This document shows positions 22,205-31,303 of a stretch of 32,000 nt of DNA, in pieces (position 1 is the first letter of the stretch; each line of letters opens with the position of its first letter). Under the pieces are notes generated by a model, which did not search any database, was not told where the DNA came from, and was given only the letters and a program-made list of their open reading frames with translations. Position numbers and translations under genes: made by a program. This DNA is from Pseudothioglobus sp. nBUS_23 (lineage in GTDB: Bacteria; Pseudomonadota; Gammaproteobacteria; PS1; Pseudothioglobaceae), in contig NZ_CP179200.1 of the NCBI RefSeq assembly GCF_051201565.1, positions 1-32,000 on the forward strand, in the 5' to 3' direction.

Positions 22205-23035
22205 TCAGAGTGCGCTAGAGATTAAATCAATCACATCATTTGCAGAGCTGCAGCTATGGAGGTCGTCGCTTTGAATAGTGCAGCCATACTTGTTTGCAAT
22301 TTTAGAATATTTTTTAAGCCTGTCTTCAATAAGCTTTGGAAAAACCCAGCTAACGAATGAGTCTGGGCTGATTTCTGCAGCATACTCTAAATTGTTTTCG
22401 GTCAGGTAGTTCTTTATTGAGCGCTGAAAAAAAACAGGATTGTAATACATTGGCTTCGGGTTTTCTTTGGCCCGCTCAATAAGCGCATGCTCGTTTTCTT
22501 TGCTAGTTTTAATATAGATAATAAGGGTATTAGCAGAGAGCAACTTAAAAAGTTTCGGGTCTTCAAGCTCACAAAGACTTCCGCCAGCATCATTTATAAA
22601 GTGGCTAAACCCTTTTGCTTGGGATTTTGCAATAAATTCTGGCACTTCATGCATTGTCTTTTTTTCTGCTTCAAAAAAAAGACTTTGGCGGCGAATAAAT
22701 TCACTGATAGGAAGTCCGCCTTCTTCGGGGTTGCCAACCTTTCCAAGAAACGCCGATATCGGTTCGAGGTTGTCAAAAGTCACTTGGCTGTTGACACTAA
22801 TAGATTTGTTCTCTAAAAGCACTTTAAGCCAATTATTGGAGCTCATTTTGTTGGCAATATTGGCAATGATTTCTTCCTTGAGGTGTTTGGCGCCAATTCG
22901 ATAGTCACCAGAAAAATGGAACCAATCACCCTCTTCGCCTATAAGTTTTGCAAGGTGTGTTTTTCCAACACCAGACATCCCTAAGAGCGTGATGCGTTTA
23001 TTTTTAGCTTCCAGAAAGTCTTTGGCTAAGGTCAT
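22205..23035 (-). CDS. Uncharacterised P-loop protein with a shikimate-kinase-like motif order (putative small-molecule kinase)
   Basis: 276 aa. Walker [13 protein letters not shown], then SGDY (like the SK DxD region), DAGGS (like the SK GGG motif) and LIIYIKTS...RAKENPKP (like SK VVYL...R..RPLL). It carries large insertions relative to the 173-aa AroK. ATGA overlap with the upstream aminotransferase and a 4-nt gap to metA. Confidence 0.75.
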   Translation of the reverse strand: MTLAKDFLEAKNKRITLLGMSGVGKTHLAKLIGEEGDWFHFSGDYRIGAKHLKEEIIANIANKMSSNNWLKVLLENKSISVNSQVTFDNLEPISAFLGKVGNPEEGGLPISEFIRRQSLFFEAEKKTMHEVPEFIAKSQAKGFSHFINDAGGSLCELEDPKLFKLLSANTLIIYIKTSKENEHALIERAKENPKPMYYNPVFFQRSIKNYLTENNLEYAAEISPDSFVSWVFPKLIEDRLKKYSKIANKYGCTIQSDDLHSCSSANDVIDLISSAL

Positions 23036-24222
23036 TTTATAAGCCCGTCTTCTTTAAACATGTTTCGGATGCCCCTAATTGCCTGGCGGATCCTATGCTC
23101 ATTTTCAATTAAACAAATGCGCACATACTCATCCCCATAGTTTCCAAATCCAACACCTGGAGAAACTCCAACCTTGGCACGATTAATCAGCTCTTTGCTG
23201 AATTCCAAAGAACCCATGGCTCGATAATACTCAGGTATTTTTGCCCACACAAACATCGTTGCTTTTGGTTTATCAACGCTCCACCCAATGCTTTCAAGTC
23301 CCGAGCAAAGGATATCACGCCTAGACTGATACATTTGACATATTTCTTGAACGCAGTTCTGATCTCCCTCAAGAGCTTCAATGGCAGCCACTTGAATTGG
23401 AGTAAATATTCCATAATCTAAATATGATTTTATTTTAGTAAGAGCAGAAACTAGGGAGCTATTGCCGACCATAAAGCCAACTCTCCAGCCGGGCATATTG
23501 TAGCTTTTTGACATAGAAAAAAACTCGACTGCCACTTCCTTTGCCCCCTCGACCTCGAAAATGCTTGGAGCCTTGTATCCATCAAAAACAATATCAGCAT
23601 AGGCTAAGTCTTGAATAACCCAAATTTGATGGTCTTTTGCAATTTTGATTACACGTTCAAAAAAATCCAGCTCAACACATTCAGATGTTGGATTTGACGG
23701 ATAGTTAAGAACTATTGCCTTTGGCTTAGGCCACGTGTCTTGAATGGCTTTTTCTAGCTCAGAAAAAAAATCATGCTCAGGACCGCATGGAACTGACCTA
23801 ATATCTGCTCCGGCTATAGCAAACCCATAAGGATGGATAGGATAGGCAGGACTTGGAACAAGAACCGTTTCTCCCTTGCTTACGATTGCCTGTGCTAGAT
23901 TAGCAAGCCCTTCTTTTGAGCCCAAGGTAACAATAGCCTCCGTTTCAGGGTCAAGCTTTACGCCATACCTGTCTTTATACCAATTGGTGATTGCGCGGCG
24001 AAGGCGAGGGATGCCTCTTGAAGCAGAGTAGCGGTGAGTATCTGTTCGCCTAGCGACCTCGACCATTTTTTCAACAATATGAGCTGGTGTAGGCTGGTCT
24101 GGATTGCCCATTCCAAAGTCAATAATGTCTTCGCCTTTGGCCCGTGCTTTTGCCTTTAGTTCGTTTGTAATTGCAAAAACATAAGTGGGTAGTCGGTCTA
24201 TTCTTGCAAAATTTTCGTTCAT
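23032..24222 (-). CDS. Class I/II PLP-dependent aminotransferase (AlaC / aspartate-aminotransferase-like)
   Basis: 396 aa. N-terminal [10 protein letters not shown]...[16 protein letters not shown]-lysine motif [15 protein letters not shown], and a conserved Asn/Tyr/Arg pattern. Confidence 0.9.
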   Translation of the reverse strand: MNENFARIDRLPTYVFAITNELKAKARAKGEDIIDFGMGNPDQPTPAHIVEKMVEVARRTDTHRYSASRGIPRLRRAITNWYKDRYGVKLDPETEAIVTLGSKEGLANLAQAIVSKGETVLVPSPAYPIHPYGFAIAGADIRSVPCGPEHDFFSELEKAIQDTWPKPKAIVLNYPSNPTSECVELDFFERVIKIAKDHQIWVIQDLAYADIVFDGYKAPSIFEVEGAKEVAVEFFSMSKSYNMPGWRVGFMVGNSSLVSALTKIKSYLDYGIFTPIQVAAIEALEGDQNCVQEICQMYQSRRDILCSGLESIGWSVDKPKATMFVWAKIPEYYRAMGSLEFSKELINRAKVGVSPGVGFGNYGDEYVRICLIENEHRIRQAIRGIRNMFKEDGLIK

Positions 24223-24235
24223 TATTCTAAGTTAT

Positions 24236-25036
24236 TCACACAGATAGCTCAACGTGATATGAGCTAAATTTTCGCAGATTGAGCACACCACTATCAAGCA
24301 ATAAATATTGGCCTTTAATACCATCTAAAACCCCTGAAACAACTGGTGTCTTGTCAAGGTTTAAGGACACAATTTTTGAAGGATATTTTAACACAGGGTA
24401 GTTTATATTTAACGTTTCATCGTCAAGATGTTGAGCTTCTAGCTGTTCTAAAAGTCCAGGTATCTTCATGAGCAGATCATTTCTTATTGCAAGCAAGTCC
24501 ACTAACTCTACTTCATTTTTTAACATTTTGCGCCAGTTTGTTTTGTCTGCTATAAAGGGCTTTAGAGCAGACTCTATCTTGCCAGAATCAATTCTTGAAT
24601 TTACCTTTAGAATCGGTAACGCACTAATTGCCCCTTGGTCAATCCATCTTCCAGGCATATTCGATGCTCGAGTTATTCCAACCTTTGGTCCAGACGAGTT
24701 TGCCAAATAAACGATATGAGGGGAAAAGCAGTTTGATAGGCCCCACTCGGGTTCACGACAGGTTCCAAGGTGATAATGACATGTTTCAGGTCTCATGATG
24801 CACATGTCGCACCTTGCAAGAGATCTGGCGCAAGGAAAGCAGTATCCTTGAGAGAAGCTTTTGCTGGTTCTGTTGCCGCAATTCGAGCAGGCTATATGGC
24901 CAGCAAAGGCCAGCTTGATAGGACTCCCTATGAGTGAGTTCATATCAACAGTATCTTCCCCAATGGTTAGAGAATAATTTGCCCTACCCTCAACCAGAGA
25001 GGTTTTCATCATATGGATTTGACCGTCTAGTTGCAT
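24236..25036 (-). CDS. Cys-rich conserved hypothetical protein (DUF2797-like)
   Basis: 266 aa. Cluster CxxC-x12-CxxC-x6-CxxC-x6-C-x6-C-x9-C (residues 50-103), followed by HIVYLANSSGPKVGITR. I recall this arrangement as the DUF2797 family, unverified. Its start overlaps the purC stop by 10 nt; alternative ATGs occur 8-9 codons downstream. Confidence 0.6.
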   Translation of the reverse strand: MQLDGQIHMMKTSLVEGRANYSLTIGEDTVDMNSLIGSPIKLAFAGHIACSNCGNRTSKSFSQGYCFPCARSLARCDMCIMRPETCHYHLGTCREPEWGLSNCFSPHIVYLANSSGPKVGITRASNMPGRWIDQGAISALPILKVNSRIDSGKIESALKPFIADKTNWRKMLKNEVELVDLLAIRNDLLMKIPGLLEQLEAQHLDDETLNINYPVLKYPSKIVSLNLDKTPVVSGVLDGIKGQYLLLDSGVLNLRKFSSYHVELSV

Positions 25037-25902
25037 AGAATTGTTTGAATTTCACTATATTTACTAGCAGCTTTAGCCATAATCTCGTCAGGAATTAATG
25101 GAGCAGGAGGAGCCTTATTCCAATCGAGTGTTTCTAGATAGTCTCTAATTATTTGTTTGTCAAAGCTTGTTGGGCTTTGTCCAGGCGAATAATCAGACAA
25201 AGACCAAAACCTTGATGAGTCTGGTGTTAACACTTCATCCATCAGGGTAAGCTCATTGTTTGAGTCCAGCCCAAACTCAAATTTTGTGTCAGCAATAATA
25301 ATGCCTCGATTCGATGCATGCCTAGTTGCATAGCCATAAAGCTCAAGGCTTTTATCTCTAATTTGTTTTGCTAGGTCTGTGCCAACCAAAGACGCGGTTT
25401 CGGCAAAAGAAATATTAGCATCATGCTCTCCAGCAGCAGCCTTTGAAGAAGGCGTATAAATAGCACTTGCAAGTTTTTCAGCTAGCTGAAGGCCTGAGGG
25501 CAAGTCGACGCCACAAACAGAGCCAAGGTTTAAGTATTCCTTCCAGCCTGAGCCAATAATGTACCCTCGAACAACAGCTTCAATTGGAAGAGGCTTGAGT
25601 TTTTTGACTACTATTGCCCGCCCATCAAGTGCTTCTGCTTCTGCTGCAGAAAGAATCTCGGTAAGTGAAAGCTCTGTGAGGTGATTTTGAATGATATGGC
25701 TCGTTTTATCAAACCAGAAGTTAGCGATTGAGGTGAGAATTTTTCCTTTATCTGGTATGGGCTGATCAAAGATAACATCAAAAGCAGAAAGTCGATCAGT
25801 GGCGACAATTAGCATGTGATGCTCGTCAATATCGTAAATATCTCTTACCTTGCCCTGGTGAATCAGCGAAAGAGACAATGCTTTGTATGGGCTCTCAGCC
25901 AT
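25027..25902 (-). CDS. purC: Phosphoribosylaminoimidazole-succinocarboxamide (SAICAR) synthase, long form
   Basis: 291 aa. GKVRDIYDI, ATDRLSAFDV and IIADTKFEFG motifs. Confidence 0.93.
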   Translation of the reverse strand: MAESPYKALSLSLIHQGKVRDIYDIDEHHMLIVATDRLSAFDVIFDQPIPDKGKILTSIANFWFDKTSHIIQNHLTELSLTEILSAAEAEALDGRAIVVKKLKPLPIEAVVRGYIIGSGWKEYLNLGSVCGVDLPSGLQLAEKLASAIYTPSSKAAAGEHDANISFAETASLVGTDLAKQIRDKSLELYGYATRHASNRGIIIADTKFEFGLDSNNELTLMDEVLTPDSSRFWSLSDYSPGQSPTSFDKQIIRDYLETLDWNKAPPAPLIPDEIMAKAASKYSEIQTILCN

Positions 25903-25978
25903 GGCTATAAATCAAAGTCTGAAACCCTTATTTTAATCGATTGAGGCTGGCGTTTGTCTAGTTGCTAGTTTGAAAAGC

Positions 25979-27097
25979 TTATTTAATATTTAATTCAAAC
26001 AGAATTCTTTTCGCTCGTTTTTGAAAGCCAGACATTTTGCTATTAGGGACAGCAGACCTTTTTTCTAGGCTAATTTTTTCAGCATCTTTGTGAATGCCAT
26101 TAATCCTTATTTCATAATGAAGGTGAGGCCCCGTAGACATGCCTGTGCTGCCAACATAACCAATTAGTTCACCTTTTTTAACTCGATTTCCTGCTTTAAG
26201 GCCTTTTGCAAACCTAGACAGATGAGCATAAACAGTAACTAATTCTGAGCCATGCTTCAAGTAGATTACATTTCCATAGCCTGATAATGTTGCTACATAT
26301 TTCACCAGGCCTTTTGCTGGCGCATAAACAGGCGTTCCTGTGGGGGCAGCAAAATCAGTTCCACGGTGAGGCCTATAAGTTTTGAGCGTTGGATGCCATC
26401 GCCTTTTTGAAAATCCAGAGCTTATTCTGTTATATTTTACTGGCGCAAAAGCAAACGTATCATTAATCGTCAAGCCGTTTGCTGTGTAGTATTTTTTTCT
26501 GCCTTGTGTGTCTGTGTGGGAGAAAAGCGCAATCGTTTTCCTGTCACCAATATAAATCATCGCTTCTGGCGTTTTGCCTCCATTCCAAGACAAAACAAAC
26601 CGGTCTCCTTTTCTCAGATCACGACTAAAGTCAAGCTCCCAAGAAAAATGATCAACCATCATTTTTACAACTTCAGCATCAACTCCCGCTTTTTTTGCAT
26701 CAAAGTTCAAAGACTTTTGAATGTTAACAATGGTGTAGGCAAGCCCACTATTAGAGCGAGCATCATTTTTTTCGTATGTAAAATTGTTACCATCATAATA
26801 GATATTTAGCGGGTTTTCGGTAAGTGGACTAAACACTATTTCTTTGAGCGAGTGATCATCATTTAGGATGATTCTAAACTTATCCCCTGGAAAAATATTG
26901 TTTAGTCTTTGAGCCCTCTTATCCGAGCTCATAAGCCTGGTCAACAGCTCTCCAGAAAGGCCTGTACTAAAAAAGAATTTATAGAAAGCATCGCCCCTAG
27001 ATACTTTGAAGCTAAAGTCGTGTTTGCCACCGGCATATGAGGAGCCGCATAGCAACAGCAACGCCAAAAAAAAGGAAGGTAAAAAAGACTTTTGCAT
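25979..27097 (-). CDS. Secreted M23-family metalloendopeptidase (MepM/YebA-like murein hydrolase)
   Basis: 372 aa. N-terminal signal peptide and M23 Zn motifs HRGTDFAAPTGTPVYA and GPHLHYEIRING. Sits 12 nt downstream of dxr. Confidence 0.88.
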   Translation of the reverse strand: MQKSFLPSFFLALLLLCGSSYAGGKHDFSFKVSRGDAFYKFFFSTGLSGELLTRLMSSDKRAQRLNNIFPGDKFRIILNDDHSLKEIVFSPLTENPLNIYYDGNNFTYEKNDARSNSGLAYTIVNIQKSLNFDAKKAGVDAEVVKMMVDHFSWELDFSRDLRKGDRFVLSWNGGKTPEAMIYIGDRKTIALFSHTDTQGRKKYYTANGLTINDTFAFAPVKYNRISSGFSKRRWHPTLKTYRPHRGTDFAAPTGTPVYAPAKGLVKYVATLSGYGNVIYLKHGSELVTVYAHLSRFAKGLKAGNRVKKGELIGYVGSTGMSTGPHLHYEIRINGIHKDAEKISLEKRSAVPNSKMSGFQKRAKRILFELNIK

Positions 27098-27109
27098 CAG
27101 TGTGTGATT

Positions 27110-28261
27110 TTAGTCGCTAGATTTTACAAACGACTGAGCTATTTTTCGGGAAAGTTGGTCATTTTCCACAACACTCTCTAATGTGTCAAGATTCTGGCAA
27201 GAGACCTCTTGAAGGGTTTTCTCTACAATCTCAGGAATGTTTAAAAACCCTATTTTATTTTTTAAGAAAGCATTAACCGCAACCTCATTAGCTGCATTAA
27301 GGGTGCCAGGCGCGCTTTTCCCTTGTTCCAAAGCCAAATATGCAAGCTCTAAACACTTGTATTTTTTCAAGTCTGGCTGATGAAACTCCAGCGACTCTTG
27401 TTGTGTTAGGTCAAGCGCTTTAACGCCAGATTTGATTCTTCCGGGGTGGGAAAGCGCATAGGCTATTGCGCTTCTCATGTCTGGTAACCCAAGCTGAGAG
27501 AGAACACTCCCATCGTCAAAATAAACAAACGAATGCACAATGCTTTGAGGATGAATAACAACTTCAATCTGGCTAGCGCTCAGTCCAAATAGAAAACTTG
27601 CCTCAATAATTTCAAGACCCTTGTTCATCATGGTTGCTGAATCAACAGAAATCTTTTTTCCCATCTTCCAGTTAGGATGGTTGCATGCTTGTTCAGGAGT
27701 TGCTGACTTTAGATTTTCAAACGAAGTTTTTAAAAATGGTCCGCCTGAAGCAGTAAGCTGTATTTTAGAAAGTCCATCACTGCCTCCTTTTAGGCATTGA
27801 AAAATAGCGCTGTGCTCGGAGTCAACAGGGATGATCTCGGCACCTGAATTTTTAACTAAGCCCATAAGAAGATTACCGCCTAGAATTAGAGACTCTTTGT
27901 TTGCCAGCATGATTCTTTTTCCAGCCTTAGCCGCCGAAAAAGTAGACGACATGCCCGCCCCTCCAACGATCGCTGCCATTACAAAGTCTGTATTTGGATG
28001 TGCCGCTATTTCATCCAAAGAGTCTTCGCCACACAGCACTTGGACTCCGGGCGATACAACCGCTCTGAGTTTTTCTGCCGAGGCCTCATCAGAAAGCACT
28101 GCAAAAGAGGGCTGGTAGTCTTTACAAATCTGAATAAGGCTCTTCCAGTCTGAGTTAGCGCTTACAGCAAAAACGCTAAACTGATCTGGATGGCGTGAGA
28201 CGACATCCAGGGTGTTTAATCCAATAGAGCCAGTTGCGCCAAGAATTGTTATGTTTTTCAT
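27110..28261 (-). CDS. dxr: 1-deoxy-D-xylulose 5-phosphate reductoisomerase
   Basis: 383 aa. NADPH-binding ILGATGSIG, LANKESL, PVDSEHSAIFQC, NHPNWKMG. ATGA overlap with the cdsA stop. Confidence 0.95.
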   Translation of the reverse strand: MKNITILGATGSIGLNTLDVVSRHPDQFSVFAVSANSDWKSLIQICKDYQPSFAVLSDEASAEKLRAVVSPGVQVLCGEDSLDEIAAHPNTDFVMAAIVGGAGMSSTFSAAKAGKRIMLANKESLILGGNLLMGLVKNSGAEIIPVDSEHSAIFQCLKGGSDGLSKIQLTASGGPFLKTSFENLKSATPEQACNHPNWKMGKKISVDSATMMNKGLEIIEASFLFGLSASQIEVVIHPQSIVHSFVYFDDGSVLSQLGLPDMRSAIAYALSHPGRIKSGVKALDLTQQESLEFHQPDLKKYKCLELAYLALEQGKSAPGTLNAANEVAVNAFLKNKIGFLNIPEIVEKTLQEVSCQNLDTLESVVENDQLSRKIAQSFVKSSD

Positions 28262-29064
28262 AGCACAAAAACAACAAGCAACAAAAACATCGGCGCAGAT
28301 GCTGTAAGGCTATCAATTCTGTCAAGTAAGCCGCCATGGCCCGGGAGAAGACTGCCACTATCTTTTTGATTGTTCATTCGTTTGAGGGCGCTTTCAAAAA
28401 GATCGCCAAGTACTGAGACTAAGGATACGACTAGCGCTAAAAAACAGAACACAAAAAAATCATTTATTTTTGGTCCTTGTACAGCAAAAACTACATACAA
28501 AATAGCAACAATTTGTGCAAGCAAAATCCCACCATAAACCCCCTCAAAGGTTTTGTTTGGGCTAACCTCTGGACAGAGTTTTTTTCTACCAAAGTGCCTT
28601 CCTGAGAAATAAGCTCCTATGTCGGCCGCCCATATGTAAAACAATAGAAGCAGCATAAGAAACTTCTCTTGTGATTGAAGGATTGCTAAAGATGCCAACA
28701 TTGGGGCCAAAAGAAAAAGCCCATTAACAAGACTTAAAGCGATGTTGTTGTTGAGCAGAGGAGCGCTTTTTGGGAAGTTTACAACAACAAGCAACGCGCC
28801 TAGCCACCAGGCACACACTAGAAATAACGCCGGTTTTAGAATTGATGGGCTAATCGCTAATAGAAAGGCGCCGGACAACACCACAATAATATAAAAAGAT
28901 TTGTTTGAAAATCCGTTTAGTTTGATAAGCTTACAATACTCCCACGAGGCAATACAAGCCATTAGCCCCATGATTAATGAGAACCATGACGGGCTCAAAA
29001 AAAGAACGCCCAGAATAACTGCTGGCACCAATACCAATGCAGTTGCAATTCTTTTAGCAAGCAT
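28258..29064 (-). CDS. cdsA: Phosphatidate cytidylyltransferase
   Basis: 268 aa, polytopic. CDS signature SALKRMNNQKDSGSLLPGHGGLLDRIDS. Confidence 0.9.
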   Translation of the reverse strand: MLAKRIATALVLVPAVILGVLFLSPSWFSLIMGLMACIASWEYCKLIKLNGFSNKSFYIIVVLSGAFLLAISPSILKPALFLVCAWWLGALLVVVNFPKSAPLLNNNIALSLVNGLFLLAPMLASLAILQSQEKFLMLLLLFYIWAADIGAYFSGRHFGRKKLCPEVSPNKTFEGVYGGILLAQIVAILYVVFAVQGPKINDFFVFCFLALVVSLVSVLGDLFESALKRMNNQKDSGSLLPGHGGLLDRIDSLTASAPMFLLLVVFVL

Positions 29065-29066
29065 TG

Positions 29067-29819
29067 TTATTCTCCATTACGCTCTCCAAATCTTCGCTCT
29101 CTACTGTGGAAATTCTTAATAGCCTCATCTAGAGACTTCTCATTAAAGTCCGGCCAAAGGGTTTTGCAAAAATAGAACTCGCTATAGGCAATATCCCAAA
29201 GAAGAAAATTGCTGAGCCTGACTTCTCCGCTGGTTCGAATCAAAAGGTCAACGCTAGGCAGCTCTGAAAGTGATGTATATCTCCCAAACAAATCTGTATT
29301 GATATTATCTGGAGCAATAAGTCCTTTTGAAACATCTATGGCAATCTTTTTGGCTGATTCTGTAATGTCCCACTGGCCCCCATAGTTTGCAGCAATAACA
29401 AGCGTTAAGCCAGTATTTTTTTGAAGGCTGGCCTCAGCTTCATTCGCCAAGCTAATAATTTCCGGAGTAAACGCAGACAAATCACCAATAATCTTAAGCC
29501 TAATATTGTTTTCTTTCAGTTTTTTTGTTTCTGTCTTTAAAACAGACAGAAAGAGCTTAAACAAAAGGCCAACCTCTTCGCTTGAGCGCTTCATGTTCTC
29601 ACTACTAAATGCAAATAAGGTAAGCGAACTAACGCCAAGTTTTGCGCAGTGTTTTACAACTTTCCTTACCGTTTGAACTCCTTTTTGATGCCCTCTAGAG
29701 CGAGGAAGGTGTTTTGACTTCGCCCACCTTCCATTTCCATCCATAATGATGGCTATATGTTGAGGGGGAGGCATTCCAGAGATATTGCCGCTGTCATTTT
29801 TTGAGCTCATAGAGCGCAA
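29067..29819 (-). CDS. uppS: Undecaprenyl diphosphate synthase
   Basis: The maximal ORF uses TTG at 29819. The in-frame ATG at 29810 (MSSKNDSG...) is the more likely start. Motifs HIAIIMDGNGRWA, FAFSSEN, IRTSGEVRLSNFLLW and RERRFG. Colinear with E. coli UppS. Confidence 0.93.
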   Translation of the reverse strand: MRSMSSKNDSGNISGMPPPQHIAIIMDGNGRWAKSKHLPRSRGHQKGVQTVRKVVKHCAKLGVSSLTLFAFSSENMKRSSEEVGLLFKLFLSVLKTETKKLKENNIRLKIIGDLSAFTPEIISLANEAEASLQKNTGLTLVIAANYGGQWDITESAKKIAIDVSKGLIAPDNINTDLFGRYTSLSELPSVDLLIRTSGEVRLSNFLLWDIAYSEFYFCKTLWPDFNEKSLDEAIKNFHSRERRFGERNGE

Positions 29820-29933
29820 TTATACCCACTGGCAGTAAGATTACCCATCCTAAAGCAATTCAATCTGAGCTCTAATAATAAATAGTGATTCTTCCCTGCG
29901 GGTTATCAAGGATTTATGCGGTAAAATTGAGTA

Positions 29934-30707
29934 ATGAGCCTAGCTAAAAGAATAATTCCCTGTCTAGATGTTCGAGATGGAAGAGTCGTAAAAGGCGTTA
30001 AATTTGTCGACATCAAGGATGCCGGCGATCCTGTTGAGGTTGCCAAGCGATATGACAGAGAGGGAGCAGACGAAATTACTTTTCTTGATATCACGGCCTC
30101 TCATGAGGGAAGAGATACAACAGTTGCTATGGTTGAAAAAATTGCTGAGCAGGTGTTTATTCCTCTTACGGTCGGAGGAGGCATACGAAAAGCACAGGAT
30201 GTGCGTTCAATGCTAAAAGCAGGGGCAGACAAAGTGGCTGTTAATTCAGCAGCTATTTTTAATCCAAGTTTAATTAATGAGCTTTGTAGTATTTTTGGGT
30301 CGCAGTGTATCGTCATCGCGATCGATGCTAAAAGAGTTTCAAGCAACCCCTCCCGATGGGAAATCTATACTCATGGAGGGCGAAAGCCAACAGGGATAGA
30401 TGCGGTAGATTGGGCAGTTAAAATGACTAATGGAGAGTTTGGTGCTGGAGAAGTCCTGCTTACCTCAATGGACAGAGATGGAACAAAAGTTGGCTTTGAT
30501 CTTGAGCTAACAAAGACTATTTCAGATGCTGTAGATGTTCCAGTTATAGCCTCAGGAGGAGTTGGAAGCCTAGAGCACCTTGTAGAGGGCATTATTGATG
30601 GAGGCGCTGATGCTGTTCTAGCTGCAAGCATTTTTCATTTTGCTGAATACACAGTAGAAGAGGCCAAAAAAACAATGCAACAGAAAGGCATAGAAGTAAG
30701 GCTTTAG
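29934..30707 (+). CDS. hisF: Imidazole glycerol phosphate synthase cyclase subunit HisF
   Basis: 257 aa. [22 protein letters not shown] and ASGGVG motifs. No other his genes are adjacent. Confidence 0.95.
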   Translation: MSLAKRIIPCLDVRDGRVVKGVKFVDIKDAGDPVEVAKRYDREGADEITFLDITASHEGRDTTVAMVEKIAEQVFIPLTVGGGIRKAQDVRSMLKAGADKVAVNSAAIFNPSLINELCSIFGSQCIVIAIDAKRVSSNPSRWEIYTHGGRKPTGIDAVDWAVKMTNGEFGAGEVLLTSMDRDGTKVGFDLELTKTISDAVDVPVIASGGVGSLEHLVEGIIDGGADAVLAASIFHFAEYTVEEAKKTMQQKGIEVRL

Positions 30708-30766
30708 AAATTTGAGTTTTCAATTTCTTAAGCGTATCATTACGCACTTTTAATTCTGGGAAACAC

Positions 30767-31303
30767 ATGACGTTTAAAAAAGAATTTTGGACTCTTTTAT
30801 CGATATTTCTGCTGCCAATTATCCTCGGGACTTTGTTTTTTTATTTGAATCCTGGTTACTTCAGTCAAAACACGGTTAATTATGGTCAGCTGATTAGCCC
30901 AGTCATAGTGACTGAAGAGTCTGATATCGAGCTAAATGGAGATGCCACATTAGATGGGATCTGGACTTTTGCCTATGTAACTGAGAGCTGTGACTCTCTT
31001 TGCGATAAGGCAGTTGAGGATATTAAAACTATCCGCACACTTATTAACATGGATATGCGTCGAATACAAAGAGCGCTGATAACTAAGGATGGCTCAAGTC
31101 CATCTCAAGAAGATGAAGAGCTTATTTTTGCCAGCATAAATAGCGAAGAGCTATCTTCAAAGCTCGCAAGCTTTCCTAAAAACTCGATTTTTTTAATTGA
31201 TCCAATTGGAAACTTTATGCTCTACTACAATCCAATAGACATTAATGTCAAGTTTGTTCTGAAGGATCTCAAGCGCCTTCTTAAATATTCCAGGATAGGT
31301 TAA
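30767..31303 (+). CDS. Membrane-anchored thioredoxin-fold protein with a CxxxC motif (SCO1/SenC-like cytochrome oxidase biogenesis factor?)
   Basis: 178 aa. One N-terminal TM helix, then WTFAYVTESCDSLCD (CxxxC at residues 75-79) and the end pattern SIFLIDPIGNFMLYY...LKDLKRLL, which is typical of SCO-like folds. Its stop overlaps the ctaB start (TAATG). Confidence 0.5.
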   Translation: MTFKKEFWTLLSIFLLPIILGTLFFYLNPGYFSQNTVNYGQLISPVIVTEESDIELNGDATLDGIWTFAYVTESCDSLCDKAVEDIKTIRTLINMDMRRIQRALITKDGSSPSQEDEELIFASINSEELSSKLASFPKNSIFLIDPIGNFMLYYNPIDINVKFVLKDLKRLLKYSRIG

